From: Desulfobacterales bacterium
GTDB lineage: Bacteria; Desulfobacterota; Desulfobacteria; Desulfobacterales; UBA5852
Length of the DNA stretch: 64,000 nt
Assembly (NCBI GenBank): GCA_963674755.2
Contig: CAXXVS010000003.1
Coordinates: 1,760,001 to 1,824,000, forward strand
Direction of reading: 5' to 3'
In this document: piece after piece, positions 52,361-61,913 of the stretch
Numbering within the stretch: position 1 is the stretch's first letter
How the letters are laid out: every line of letters starts with the position of its first letter
Notes under the pieces: generated by a model
Told to the model about the DNA's origin: nothing
Seen by the model: the letters and a program-made list of their open reading frames with translations, nothing else
Databases searched by the model: none
Position numbers and translations under genes: made by a program

Positions 52361-53786
52361 AACCTTCACCCTCAAGATTTCCTGGATTCAAAATATTGTT
52401 CGGGTCCACAGTCGCTTTGAGCATGGATAAGAGGGCGTAGGCATTCTCGCCGTATTTTTCTCGCCAGGCGGATATCCTCGAAGCGGTCTGACCCACTTCA
52501 CCGCCAATGCCTTCCCATTTTACGCTAAATTCCTTTTCAAGCCGGCGGGCCTCCCTTATGGATTGAATTCGCTTTTCGGCAGGCGTGTCTTCTGAAACGG
52601 TCCATGAGACATGGGGACCGCTTGCCCCCACATGGCCGTAGAACATCACCTCGCTTTCGCTCAAGGCCGGATATCCTGGGGGGCCTGACTTTATATAAGA
52701 GAAAAATTCTGCAAGTCGTGACAGCGGAACGCCGACCTCGAATCCGCCGGCACGCAATCTTCTGGGCTTTCCCTCTTGTTTCTGTAATCGATTGGTTATA
52801 AAATCTCTCGCATCCCAAAGTGCTGATTGTTCTTCAGGCGATTCCACCACATATGCTTTGATGGCATTTTGAGCCTGAAAAACCTTTACGATTTCATTTG
52901 CCTGGCGGTTGGCTTCATCCTGCGAAAATGCAATCGTGGTAGCAATAGCCATATCGCCAGGCGGTTCGCCGAGCCCTCTTTCCATAAAGGCGGCTGCCGC
53001 GGTGTTCTTGCCCAATAATTCTCCGTACAATGGAGCAGGAAGGCGATCTTTATAGATTTTCATAAAGGCGCGTGCAATATCCTCCGGTTTTGAAAAAAAG
53101 CCGGCGACATACGCCTTTTTAGGCATGGGAACAAGGCGAATTCTCATCTTCGTAATGACACCGAAAAGACCTTCACTGCCAACAAAAAATCGCGTCAGAT
53201 CGATTCCTGCCGGTCGCCTTATGCTTTTTGTACCTGTTTCGATGATTTTACCGTTGGGCAAGACAACCTCGACGGCCATCACATAGTCGATAATTTTGCC
53301 TATGCAGGAATCCACCATGTGGCCGATGGTATTGACAGCGATCGCGCCACCGATTGTGCTGCCGTGTTTGCTGCCGACATTCATCGGTAAAAGAAAACCT
53401 CTTTTTTGCAAAAAGATTTCTAAGTCATACTGGTTTACACCGGCTCCAACTTCAAAATAAAAATCGTCTTCGTTAATTTCCAATTGTTTGTAATTGCCTG
53501 TGTCCACAACAATGCTTTGCGATCGCTTGGGACAAGCTGAACCTTTAAAAGAGGTCCCACTACCATGAACATATACAGGAATTTTGTTGTCGTTTGCATA
53601 GCAAATAATTTTGGCTAAACTCTCGCTTGAGTCCGGTTTGGCTACAGCAATGGGAATGTTCTCAACCGGAAGATCGGGAGCGATCGCATCTTGCCCATAG
53701 GCAACTCTTTCAAATAAACTTCCAGAAACATTTTTACCCCCGATTAGTTTTTTAAGATCCGAAACAACATCTAACTTTGCAGCCAT
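52350..53786 (-). CDS. FAD-linked oxidoreductase (GlcD/D-lactate dehydrogenase family)
   Basis: GSGTS, STIGG, FVGSEGLFGVIT, DPNNILNPG. Confidence 0.9.
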   Translation of the reverse strand: MAAKLDVVSDLKKLIGGKNVSGSLFERVAYGQDAIAPDLPVENIPIAVAKPDSSESLAKIICYANDNKIPVYVHGSGTSFKGSACPKRSQSIVVDTGNYKQLEINEDDFYFEVGAGVNQYDLEIFLQKRGFLLPMNVGSKHGSTIGGAIAVNTIGHMVDSCIGKIIDYVMAVEVVLPNGKIIETGTKSIRRPAGIDLTRFFVGSEGLFGVITKMRIRLVPMPKKAYVAGFFSKPEDIARAFMKIYKDRLPAPLYGELLGKNTAAAAFMERGLGEPPGDMAIATTIAFSQDEANRQANEIVKVFQAQNAIKAYVVESPEEQSALWDARDFITNRLQKQEGKPRRLRAGGFEVGVPLSRLAEFFSYIKSGPPGYPALSESEVMFYGHVGASGPHVSWTVSEDTPAEKRIQSIREARRLEKEFSVKWEGIGGEVGQTASRISAWREKYGENAYALLSMLKATVDPNNILNPGNLEGEGYED

Positions 53787-53866
53787 TATTTCCTCCGAGA
53801 AATTTTAAACTTCTGCGATGCATAGTTTAAATTTATCAGATATTAAATTTATCTATGCAAAACGTG

Positions 53867-55729
53867 TTATGCATATTGGATATTTGTTTTTCCCGTTTGT
53901 TTCTTCTCAAATATTATCAGGGCAACAAACAATAAAATACCAGAAGCTATTACAACCGAATTTGGCCAAAATATAAGAATAGAAGCAGCTGCGAACAAAG
54001 ACCTTTCGAAAAATTTCAATCGGGTTAAGAAGAAGCCTTGGGCCGCTATGGCCAACGAAAAAACTCCTGCTGCTGCGATAATGATAACCATCAAAATTTC
54101 ATAAATAGTACCGTGCATGAGAAGGCTTGGTGTATAAACGAACAAATATGGAAGAGTAAAAAGAACGATACCAAAACGGACGGATTCGAACCCTGTTCTC
54201 ATTGGAGGCGCTTCTGCTATGGATGCGGCAGTAAAAGCTGTAGTGCATATAGGTGGAGTGAGAAGAGATAACGTACAGTAATAAAATATAAAAAGATGTG
54301 CTGCGATAGGTTCAATGCCCATGCTTACAAGAACAGGGGCTTCAAGCGCTGCTAAAACAATATAGGAAACAATTGGAGGTAGGCCCATTCCTAAAATTAT
54401 AGAAATAACCATGATGCAGACTAAGGTGAGAAAGAGGCTGTTCCCTGCAACGAAACTGATAATGTCGCTCAATTTCATTCCCACGCCTGTTAATGTCAAA
54501 ACACCCAGAATAATGCCGGCCGTGGCGCAGGGAATGCTGATCATTATCATTCGTTCTCCGCTTACTTTTAACGCATAAATGACTTTTTCAAATGATAGAT
54601 TTTTTGTAAAAAGACCAATTATCCAAAGTAAAAGCAAAGAGTAAGCGCAAGCATACATTGCCGTATATCTAAGTACCAAAAGAATAATTAACACAGCAAT
54701 CGGAATGATAAAAATAAAACCTTTCTTTAAAACTGGGAAAAATCTTGGGAGATTTTCACTTTTCTCTCCCTTCATACCTATCGTTCCAGCATAAAAATCA
54801 ACCATAAAATAAAGACCAAAATAATGAAAAAAAGCAGGCAAAGTCGCAGCGACACAAATGTCAAAGTAGGATACGCCAATTGCCTGAGCCATAATAAAAG
54901 CTGCAGCGCCCATGATGGGGGGGGTCTTGTAACCTCCAGATGACGCTGTAGCCTCAATGGCTCCGGCAACATAGGGAGCGACCCCAGACTTTTTCATCAT
55001 CGGAATGGTTATAGCGCCGGTGGTAGCAACATTGGCAGCTGGACTGCCAGATAACATTCCCATCAATCCGCTTGAAAAAATTGCAACCTTTGCTGCGGCT
55101 CCTCTTTTTGTTCCCATCATGGCCATGGAAAGATCGAGAAAAACATTGGAAGCTCCCGCAATATCAATAAATGAGCCGAAAAGGATAAATATGATTACAA
55201 CCGTGGCGCAAACGCCAAGCGGAATTCCGAAAATTCCTTCGGTCCCTGCGTATATATGGACAAGTATTCTTTCAATGCCGTAGCCTCGATGGGACAAGAA
55301 GCCAGATATTGAATTTCCGAAATAGGTGTACAACAAAAAAACAAAGGATATGATTACCAGGGCCAGGCCCACCGTTCGCCTTGTTATTTCAAGTAAAACC
55401 GCAATGGTGCAGATACCTATAACAATTCCCACTGATGTCATGAAAGGATTTATGTAGAGATTTTCCCAATTAAATACCATATATACATTGCCCATTACCA
55501 TCAGAATGGCGAGCATTATATTTGTCAAAAATTCTAGTAAAGGAAGCTTTTTATTCGAAATCAAAGGGTATTTAAAAAGTGCAATTACGCTAACTAGAGA
55601 TAGGTGGAGCGTCCGCTGGATCATTGTTTCAAAAGTTCCAAAAAACGCAGTATAAAGGGAAAGGACTGAGAGGCTAATGGCGCAAAGCATAATGGTATAC
55701 TTGGTTATCGTATTTATCGTCTTTAACAT
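53867..55729 (-). CDS. TAXI-type TRAP transporter fused permease
   Basis: EGIFGIP, ANVATTGAITIPMMK, PPIMGAAAF, ILGMGLP, TPP. Confidence 0.92.
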   Translation of the reverse strand: MLKTINTITKYTIMLCAISLSVLSLYTAFFGTFETMIQRTLHLSLVSVIALFKYPLISNKKLPLLEFLTNIMLAILMVMGNVYMVFNWENLYINPFMTSVGIVIGICTIAVLLEITRRTVGLALVIISFVFLLYTYFGNSISGFLSHRGYGIERILVHIYAGTEGIFGIPLGVCATVVIIFILFGSFIDIAGASNVFLDLSMAMMGTKRGAAAKVAIFSSGLMGMLSGSPAANVATTGAITIPMMKKSGVAPYVAGAIEATASSGGYKTPPIMGAAAFIMAQAIGVSYFDICVAATLPAFFHYFGLYFMVDFYAGTIGMKGEKSENLPRFFPVLKKGFIFIIPIAVLIILLVLRYTAMYACAYSLLLLWIIGLFTKNLSFEKVIYALKVSGERMIMISIPCATAGIILGVLTLTGVGMKLSDIISFVAGNSLFLTLVCIMVISIILGMGLPPIVSYIVLAALEAPVLVSMGIEPIAAHLFIFYYCTLSLLTPPICTTAFTAASIAEAPPMRTGFESVRFGIVLFTLPYLFVYTPSLLMHGTIYEILMVIIIAAAGVFSLAIAAQGFFLTRLKFFERSLFAAASILIFWPNSVVIASGILLFVALIIFEKKQTGKTNIQYA

Positions 55730-55918
55730 TTCTATTTTTCCGGATTGAGGTTAAGTGAAATCATTTGATAAACGCCTGTCCTGGAAAAAATGAAGCAAAA
55801 AATTATTGATTTAAATAAATTGCGGAAGTGGCTTCAATATGTAAAAGTGGAAATATGTCTAACTTGAAATTATGAAACCACTCCCGGCATAGATTAATCA
55901 ACCTGATTTTCTGATAAA

Positions 55919-56917
55919 TTACTTGGTTCTATAGATACCATTTTCCTTGAAATATTTTTCCGCTCCTGGATGGACAGGAATCGTCATCCCTTTGTAGACA
56001 TTTTGTAGGCTGGTGTCTTTAAATGCTGAATTGACACTTGAAACATAATCAAGATTCTCAAATACTGCTTTTGTCGCCTTGTACATGAAATCTTCACTTA
56101 GCTTTGCAGAGCAAAACAAGGAATAGTTCATCATCACCTGCTCTACCGGCGCATTGACACCTTTATAGGTACCTTTTGGAAGATATCCGAAAAAGAACGC
56201 TGGCTCCATTTCCTGAATTTTTGCCTTAGCGCTTTCTTCAATCGGAATGAAATTAAGGTCGACAGACTCTGCCATCTGGACAAAGCCAGGAGAACCAATC
56301 CCCATATAAAAACATACCGCGTCGATATGACCGTCGATCATTTTCTGTACAGCCTCTGGAAACCTTATTTTGATGCTTTTGTAATCTTTATCAGGGAAAA
56401 GACCATGGGAGGGGAAAATGATATTGTCCGAGTCCAGTTGGTTGTTTGAACCCGGTGTGCTTACGGCAATTTTTTTGCCTTTCAAATCGGCGATCGTTTT
56501 TATGCCAGTGGCTTTGCGTGCTGCAATGGTGATAACGGCCGGATAACTTTGAAACCAACCCAATATGTCTTTTTTCTCTTTAAAAAGACCTTGGCCATTG
56601 TACGCGGCATTGATAAAATCTGGAATCGCCCACCCGAGTTCCATCTCTCCGCGATGAGTTCTCAAAATGTTTTCACGTGCGGCGCCGGGTGTGGTTACGG
56701 CTGTCACATGATAACCCGGTACATTCTCGTTGATCAATTTCGCCATGGCAACAGCGCAAGGGTACCAAATGCCGCTGGCGCTTCCAGAGCCGAATGTATA
56801 CTCCTTTGTATCTTCCGCAAATGAAAGGGTTGAAAAAAATGTAAATGCGGCCACCGAAACAACGATTGCCCAACCGACAGTGATGGATCGACGTTTTCTA
56901 AAAATGCTACGACTCAT
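55919..56917 (-). CDS. TAXI-family TRAP solute-binding protein
   Basis: Signal peptide, GSASGIWY, EN, DLKGKKI, IPVHPGAEKYF. Confidence 0.9.
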   Translation of the reverse strand: MSRSIFRKRRSITVGWAIVVSVAAFTFFSTLSFAEDTKEYTFGSGSASGIWYPCAVAMAKLINENVPGYHVTAVTTPGAARENILRTHRGEMELGWAIPDFINAAYNGQGLFKEKKDILGWFQSYPAVITIAARKATGIKTIADLKGKKIAVSTPGSNNQLDSDNIIFPSHGLFPDKDYKSIKIRFPEAVQKMIDGHIDAVCFYMGIGSPGFVQMAESVDLNFIPIEESAKAKIQEMEPAFFFGYLPKGTYKGVNAPVEQVMMNYSLFCSAKLSEDFMYKATKAVFENLDYVSSVNSAFKDTSLQNVYKGMTIPVHPGAEKYFKENGIYRTK

Positions 56918-56987
56918 TTTAGCCCTCCTTTTGGATTATACATTGACGTTGGCTGTCACCTCCGAAGAAACGACCAGTGTTGAGATA

Positions 56988-57707
56988 TTAGTGATGAGAC
57001 CTAAAGTTCCGGCAAAAGGGTTCTGTTGTAAATTTAATATTATCTACCTCAGTAGAGTTAGAGTAGGCACCGGTCTGTTTCAAAAAGTGCAAAAGAAACT
57101 CTTTTGCACGAGAGATATGGTTTTCCATTGCCTCGCCCGCTTCTTTGGGATTCTTGCGTCGCACCGCATCGATGATATTTTCATGATCTTCGAGATATTC
57201 CTTGTTCAAGCTGGTAAGAAGGGAACTGAAAAGATATCGAAAAATTCTCTGGCGGATTTCATTGACGATCCATGGCATTTGATGGTTGCCGCAATGCTTG
57301 CGAAAGATTTCGTGAAAAGCGGCATTTCTCACGCACCATTCTTCGAGATAGTTCTCGTCATCCGGATTGAGGCTTTGCAGAGAATCATTGAGAACGACCA
57401 GGCGATCAATTTCGCTGTTTTTTAGGCGCAAGGTCGCCCACTCGACAGCCTTTGATTCCATAATAGCCATAAGAGAATAGTAATCGCGGACATCCTGGGC
57501 CGAGAGCTTTTTGACGATAGAGCCTTTGTTTTCGGTGTGCTCAATGAAACCGTCCTTGGACAGCTGAACGAGTGCCTCTCTGACCGTCCCTCTGCTGCAA
57601 TTGAACTTAAGGGTCAATTCGGACTCGGTGATTCGCTCACCTTGCATGAGCTTTCCGAGGATGATGTCGCCGCGAAGGGATTTTTGAATTTCATCTTTTC
57701 GTTTCAT
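56988..57707 (-). CDS. GntR (FadR/FCD) transcriptional regulator
   Basis: GERITE..L..SRGTVREAL winged HTH; N..FH, EDHE.I, HI; start could be 57731. Confidence 0.9.
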   Translation of the reverse strand: MKRKDEIQKSLRGDIILGKLMQGERITESELTLKFNCSRGTVREALVQLSKDGFIEHTENKGSIVKKLSAQDVRDYYSLMAIMESKAVEWATLRLKNSEIDRLVVLNDSLQSLNPDDENYLEEWCVRNAAFHEIFRKHCGNHQMPWIVNEIRQRIFRYLFSSLLTSLNKEYLEDHENIIDAVRRKNPKEAGEAMENHISRAKEFLLHFLKQTGAYSNSTEVDNIKFTTEPFCRNFRSHH

Positions 57708-57734
57708 TAGGATGGATTCTCCATGACCCATTAT

Positions 57735-57785
57735 TTGTTCGACATAATTGTCCTACAATAAAGACCTACAAAAAATATATGTCAA
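57735..57785 (-). promoter_or_regulatory. Putative GntR operator(s) and promoter
   Basis: Palindrome ATTGTCCTACAAT (57747-57759), related TTGTTCGACAT, and TTGACA on the minus strand at 57780-57785. Confidence 0.5.
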
Positions 57786-58102
57786 GATATTCTTTACAGT
57801 TTTTTAATTTTACCTGCGGATATTCGCATTATCATGTGTCAGCCTATTTCGTCCGCTATTTACAACTATCTAATTTAGTTCATTAAACCTGTTTATTGAA
57901 ACGCCCAGGTTTGACGAAGATCCCATAATTTGAGTGCCTTCCGGGGACGCCCATGATTTCATGCGCTGCCATCTATCGATTGTTGCCCCTCCTCAGCAAT
58001 TTTCCCCCTCCCGAAATGACTGTGCTCGCCGCCGATTGGGACAGAGGCTAGCCGGCTTCCAGCCGCTGTCGCGCTAAACCTCAATTCCTGGGGAACCTTA
58101 GA

Positions 58103-58179
58103 GGGGTTAGATCTCAACAGTTAACAGCCTGAATTCTTCTAAACGCGAGGAATTCTGTCAAAGGTTGAGACCTGGCCCC
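58103..58179. repeat. REP/REPIN-like inverted repeat
   Basis: GGGGTTAGATCTCAACAGTTAACA ... TGTCAAAGGTTGAGACCTGGCCCC imperfect arms around a GAATTC..GAATTC hairpin. Confidence 0.5.
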
Positions 58180-58190
58180 ATTAAGTTCCA

Positions 58191-58372
58191 CGGATTAACG
58201 AACTCTTCGACCAACCGCTTTTCATAGTATATCGCCCTCTACCGGGCGTTCTCATTCGTTTCAACATCCGTCGATAGGGATTGTTGGTGGTGTCGTAACA
58301 CCACTTCGAGCGTCTCCAAAATTCTTTGCCGGGCAAGTTTGTGCAGCTTGTCAACAACGTCCCCGCTAACCC
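58191..58372. repeat. Right 182-bp direct repeat (degenerate copy of the 3' end of 46360-47100 and its downstream DNA)
   Basis: See left repeat; this copy has TAT>TAG in the former coding part and TGA>TCA at the former stop. Confidence 0.92.
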
Positions 58373-58425
58373 CCCGGCTGGGGCGCTCCGTCGGTCAGAT
58401 CGCCATCCTGGTTGATGGTTTCCTT

Positions 58426-58780
58426 TTACCGTTCTTGGCTTCGCCAGCGCTTTACAATTGCATCTACATCCAAGTCACTCGGGCCGTCTTTCCATTTTCC
58501 GTAGAAGTCAATGTCATCACTGTTTGGGGGCGGGTTTGGTTTGTCAAATTGGAGCCGGGTTGGAAGGGGAACCGCCTCTCCAAGAACAAGTGCCTCGCCA
58601 CGACCTAAGCCAGCCAAAACGTTAACCAAGTCCCCCTCGCTTTCGGGAACAAGATTACGAACGTAATTTTGGTCATTCGGGTTGGTGATTCGTAAACAGA
58701 TAAAAGTTCCACACTGTGCTAACACAGTCTCGGAAACTTCATGTGGTCGTTGACTTACCACAGCCAGTCCGACACCGTAC
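58426..58780 (-). pseudogene. C-terminal remnant of a HerA/FtsK-family ATPase
   Basis: YGVGLAVVSQRP, VLAQC, RITNPNDQ, GEA.P.P; Walker A/B and the GRK just before YG are missing. Confidence 0.8.
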
Positions 58781-59024
58781 GATGACAAATTCGAATTGGT
58801 TTATGATGGTTTGGTAAAATTCAGAAACACAGAGGGACCCATTGACTTAGAATTAATATGGAATGAGGTTTGCCAGCGAATGAGTATCCGAGAATTTTTT
58901 CAAATAATTGAGGACCCGATTTTCCGGATGCGATTTTCCGATGAATTTTGGGAGCGGGTTGTGGGGCAGGACGCGCTGCGGTGAAAATACAGGGATTGGC
59001 GGGGGGCAGATTTTTGGTAATGCT

Positions 59025-59822
59025 TTAAGACGGTGTGTTGTGGTTGAGTACCTTGAACCCAAATTTAATGTATCCGCCATCATATCGATTCCTACTCCGA
59101 AATTCTAAAGAGCTAATTGTAGGCCAGTGCTGGGTCATGTGTTCATATGAAACTGCACCTTCAATGTCTTTACAGTGGTGGTGGTAGTGATTGGTGAAAA
59201 TCATTGAACTAAGATTATCCGCAATTTGAAGACCTACGGTAAGTTTGGAATCAGCAAATAGGGGCGCTTCGTAAATGCATGTCAATTGTCTACCTGTTTC
59301 ATGCCCAAAAATGAAAGACATGTGGGATTTAGCAACTCTTTGATCGAATCTTAATGTAGAGTCAGCAATAATAATACCCTTGTCAAAATATTTATGTTCC
59401 GCAACAAAGCAATTATATCGTTCAACCATTATCTGGAGGGAGTGGGTATATATGGTTGTGGGCGGTGTTGGGGTTACTGGATTTTTAATCATTGAAACGC
59501 AGAAGAGCTTGCCGCCATATCTATTTACCATGTCGCACAATTCTTTTAGGAACTGGTGCCTCCTATCGCTTCTCTTATTTCGCGGGGAAGTAAGGCTATT
59601 CCCCTTTACTTCAAATTGTTCCGGTCGTTTTGTAGAGCGATCAAGTTCTGGTTTAAAAAAATTTCTCTTTAAACCCAAGTACTCGCGATCAAGATTGCGC
59701 CATTCTTCGAGAGGAAGTGCAACACCTGTTAAGGTAAATATCGGTGTTTTCCCATTTGTAATGGGAACGCTGTGAGAATTAATATCACCACTCTCATCGA
59801 CATACAGGACGCAAGTTGACAC
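59025..59822 (-). CDS. DUF3800-family protein
   Basis: N-terminal YVDESG, central IIIAD, C-terminal DSK..GLQIAD; GTG start after GGGGGG. Confidence 0.82.
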   Translation of the reverse strand: MSTCVLYVDESGDINSHSVPITNGKTPIFTLTGVALPLEEWRNLDREYLGLKRNFFKPELDRSTKRPEQFEVKGNSLTSPRNKRSDRRHQFLKELCDMVNRYGGKLFCVSMIKNPVTPTPPTTIYTHSLQIMVERYNCFVAEHKYFDKGIIIADSTLRFDQRVAKSHMSFIFGHETGRQLTCIYEAPLFADSKLTVGLQIADNLSSMIFTNHYHHHCKDIEGAVSYEHMTQHWPTISSLEFRSRNRYDGGYIKFGFKVLNHNTPS

Positions 59823-59835
59823 TTTCCCCCCCTAT

Positions 59836-59925
59836 AGAAATAGAACAGCCCGCACAAGGCGGGCTGCCGGTCTTGCACAGGCACTCAAGAGTGCGTGAAT
59901 GCGAATCGCATTCCGCTGCGCAAAA
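59836..59925 (-). ncRNA. Candidate structured RNA with terminator upstream of the DUF3800 gene
   Basis: Three-stem junction (UUGCGCAG/CUGUGCAA enclosing GAAUGCG/CGCAUUC and GCACU/AGUGC), then CAGCCCGC/GCGGGCUG + UUCUAUUUC. Confidence 0.65.
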
Positions 59926-60099
59926 ATTTAATTCCTCTTTATGGCTAAAGCCTTATACACTTTCCTATAAGTGTCAAGGAAATTTTTTCACGTTATTGGC
60001 CGTTGATGATATTTTCTTGAGGGGTAAAACTGACCAACATCTGGCCAACAATATTGGATGTCAAAAATTTCATAACAAATTGTATTTATTGAGAAAAAA

Positions 60100-60125
60100 T
60101 GGTGGAGGCGGCGGGAGTCGAACCC
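60100..60125 (-). mobile_element. 3' fragment of tmRNA (ssrA), probable attachment site of an integrative element
   Basis: GGGTTCGACTCCCGCCGCCTCCACCA: T-loop, acceptor 3' strand compatible with a G3-U70 pair, and CCA; the match stops inside the T-stem and no 5' part follows. Confidence 0.8.
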
Positions 60126-60530
60126 CATAAGTTACTTTTCAAAGAACGAGCGACAGGCCTGCAACATACTGGTATCAATATATAAAAACCAAAATTCAAT
60201 AGATTCAAAATTTATCGATTCTTTCGATACGTTCAGCCAATCTACCCCATTTTTAGGCCTATTTCGTATATTGACTATAGGCGATGAGCCCCACTCTATC
60301 TACCTATAGTCTATCCTCAACTACTTGTATTTGTACTGAATAGTCGCACTCAGCCAGCTGTTTTTACTGTTATACATATTAGGTCAAAGTTGTGTTCATG
60401 AAAACACCTCAATTCCTATTTTTGGAATAACCATACAACATATTTAAATTATTGACAAATTAATAGATATCTGGATAGAAGGGCATATGCCTTTGAAGAA
60501 ATGCCTTTCAGTTGCCGTGGAGCCAAGGCG

Positions 60531-60833
60531 ATGTCCTTCACCAAAGCCGATATTATCCGGAGTGTTGCCCGAAACACCGACCTGCCTAAACACAAATCCT
60601 CCCAAGCCGTCGAGCATCTCATCGAGATCATGAAGGGTACACTGGCCTCCGGCGAGGATGTGCTGATCAGCGGCTTCGGAAAGTTCTGCGTCAATGAAAA
60701 GTCGGAACGCCGCGGCCGCAACCCTGCCACCGGGGACGCAATGATGCTCCCGGCACGGCGTGTGGTGACCTTCAAGTGCTCGGGCAAGCTTCGGAGTCGG
60801 TGCAATGGGATAGGGTGCAAGGCTGGTGATTAG
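60531..60833 (+). CDS. ihfA: Integration host factor alpha-like DNA-binding protein
   Basis: TKADI, GEDVLISGFGKF, RRGRNPATG, RRVVTFK; GGAG SD. Confidence 0.88.
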   Translation: MSFTKADIIRSVARNTDLPKHKSSQAVEHLIEIMKGTLASGEDVLISGFGKFCVNEKSERRGRNPATGDAMMLPARRVVTFKCSGKLRSRCNGIGCKAGD

Positions 60834-60993
60834 GGTGCCTTACCTGCAGTATTACCGAAATACGGAGAGTGGCACGTAATCACAGATTTTGCCCGATTAG
60901 ATTTTCTTGTGATAGCCAAAAAAAGATAGACCTAAATCGATACTGTCCAAGCCAGCTAAAGAATATTCAATACGTTTTCCTTCACGATCGTAT

Positions 60994-61830
60994 TTAAGAC
61001 AGATCCTTATAAGTCAGGACGCGTCCCCACAAACTGCTGGTACCCCACAGGCCAGATCGTAGGCATTCCAGCTGCACGATTTGACTATGATCGACGAAAA
61101 GATTGATTTCAGGTCCGTAGTTCTTCACGTACCAGGCGAAAACTGCAGGATCGGCCGCTTCGAACATGATCTTTTCGAGCCCCAATCCGTTGACGATCTT
61201 GGCCGGGATGTCAGTGCGCCACTGTTTGACGCATTCGGTAATGCCTTCCGATTCGATCATGATCATATAGGCGCCGGCATCGATGAAACGGCGGGCCTGA
61301 TCGATGGCCCACTGAGGATCGGTTGTTCCTTCGGCTTCCAACGCTTCGACTTCGGTTGCGCCGCCTGCACCGAACTGGATACCGATTTCGGGCTTGGCCT
61401 TCAAACCTGCACCTTGGACCTTTTCCACCAGCCTCAGCCAATCGTCAGTCGGAAAGGTGATAAAGCCAGATGAAATTTCAACGATGTCAAAACCCAGCTC
61501 CCGGCACTCCTCGATGTAATAGGCCACGGCCTCCGGTCCCTGGGTTAGGACGTGTTCTATGAAACCGCCAGTGGAAACGAGAACATCGTGCCGGTGGCAT
61601 AGGGAAATCAACTCCCGGACGGCTTTCTCGGGCATCAGGGTAAAAGCGCCGCCGGCAAACTTGAGCGAGTCCACGTAAGCTCCCATGGTATCGAGCACGT
61701 CGGAAAGGTAGTGTGGGCCCATGATGGAATAGTAGGGACCTCGGATTTCGGTGATACCGCGTGTGCGTGGTTTAGCATCACGCTTGTTGATGCGAATTTT
61801 CGGAAATGCGCGTGTATTGTCATCAGTCAT
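60994..61830 (-). CDS. Phosphosulfolactate synthase (ComA)/HSA32-like TIM-barrel protein
   Basis: KPRTRGITE, VDSLKF, STGG, EISSG, IMFEA, LECLRSGLWG; AAAGGA SD. Confidence 0.85.
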   Translation of the reverse strand: MTDDNTRAFPKIRINKRDAKPRTRGITEIRGPYYSIMGPHYLSDVLDTMGAYVDSLKFAGGAFTLMPEKAVRELISLCHRHDVLVSTGGFIEHVLTQGPEAVAYYIEECRELGFDIVEISSGFITFPTDDWLRLVEKVQGAGLKAKPEIGIQFGAGGATEVEALEAEGTTDPQWAIDQARRFIDAGAYMIMIESEGITECVKQWRTDIPAKIVNGLGLEKIMFEAADPAVFAWYVKNYGPEINLFVDHSQIVQLECLRSGLWGTSSLWGRVLTYKDLS

Positions 61831-61913
61831 GTTGGAGTCCTTTCTTATGAGAACAAGGGTAGCGCCAACAGGAACTTGCACAGCGGAGGGCCAGTAAAAA
61901 ACGAGCCTGGCTG

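Noticed and set aside
60100..60480. Complete tmRNA or tRNA gene
   Set aside because: Similarity ends inside the T-stem; no 5' acceptor strand or other arms were found upstream on the minus strand
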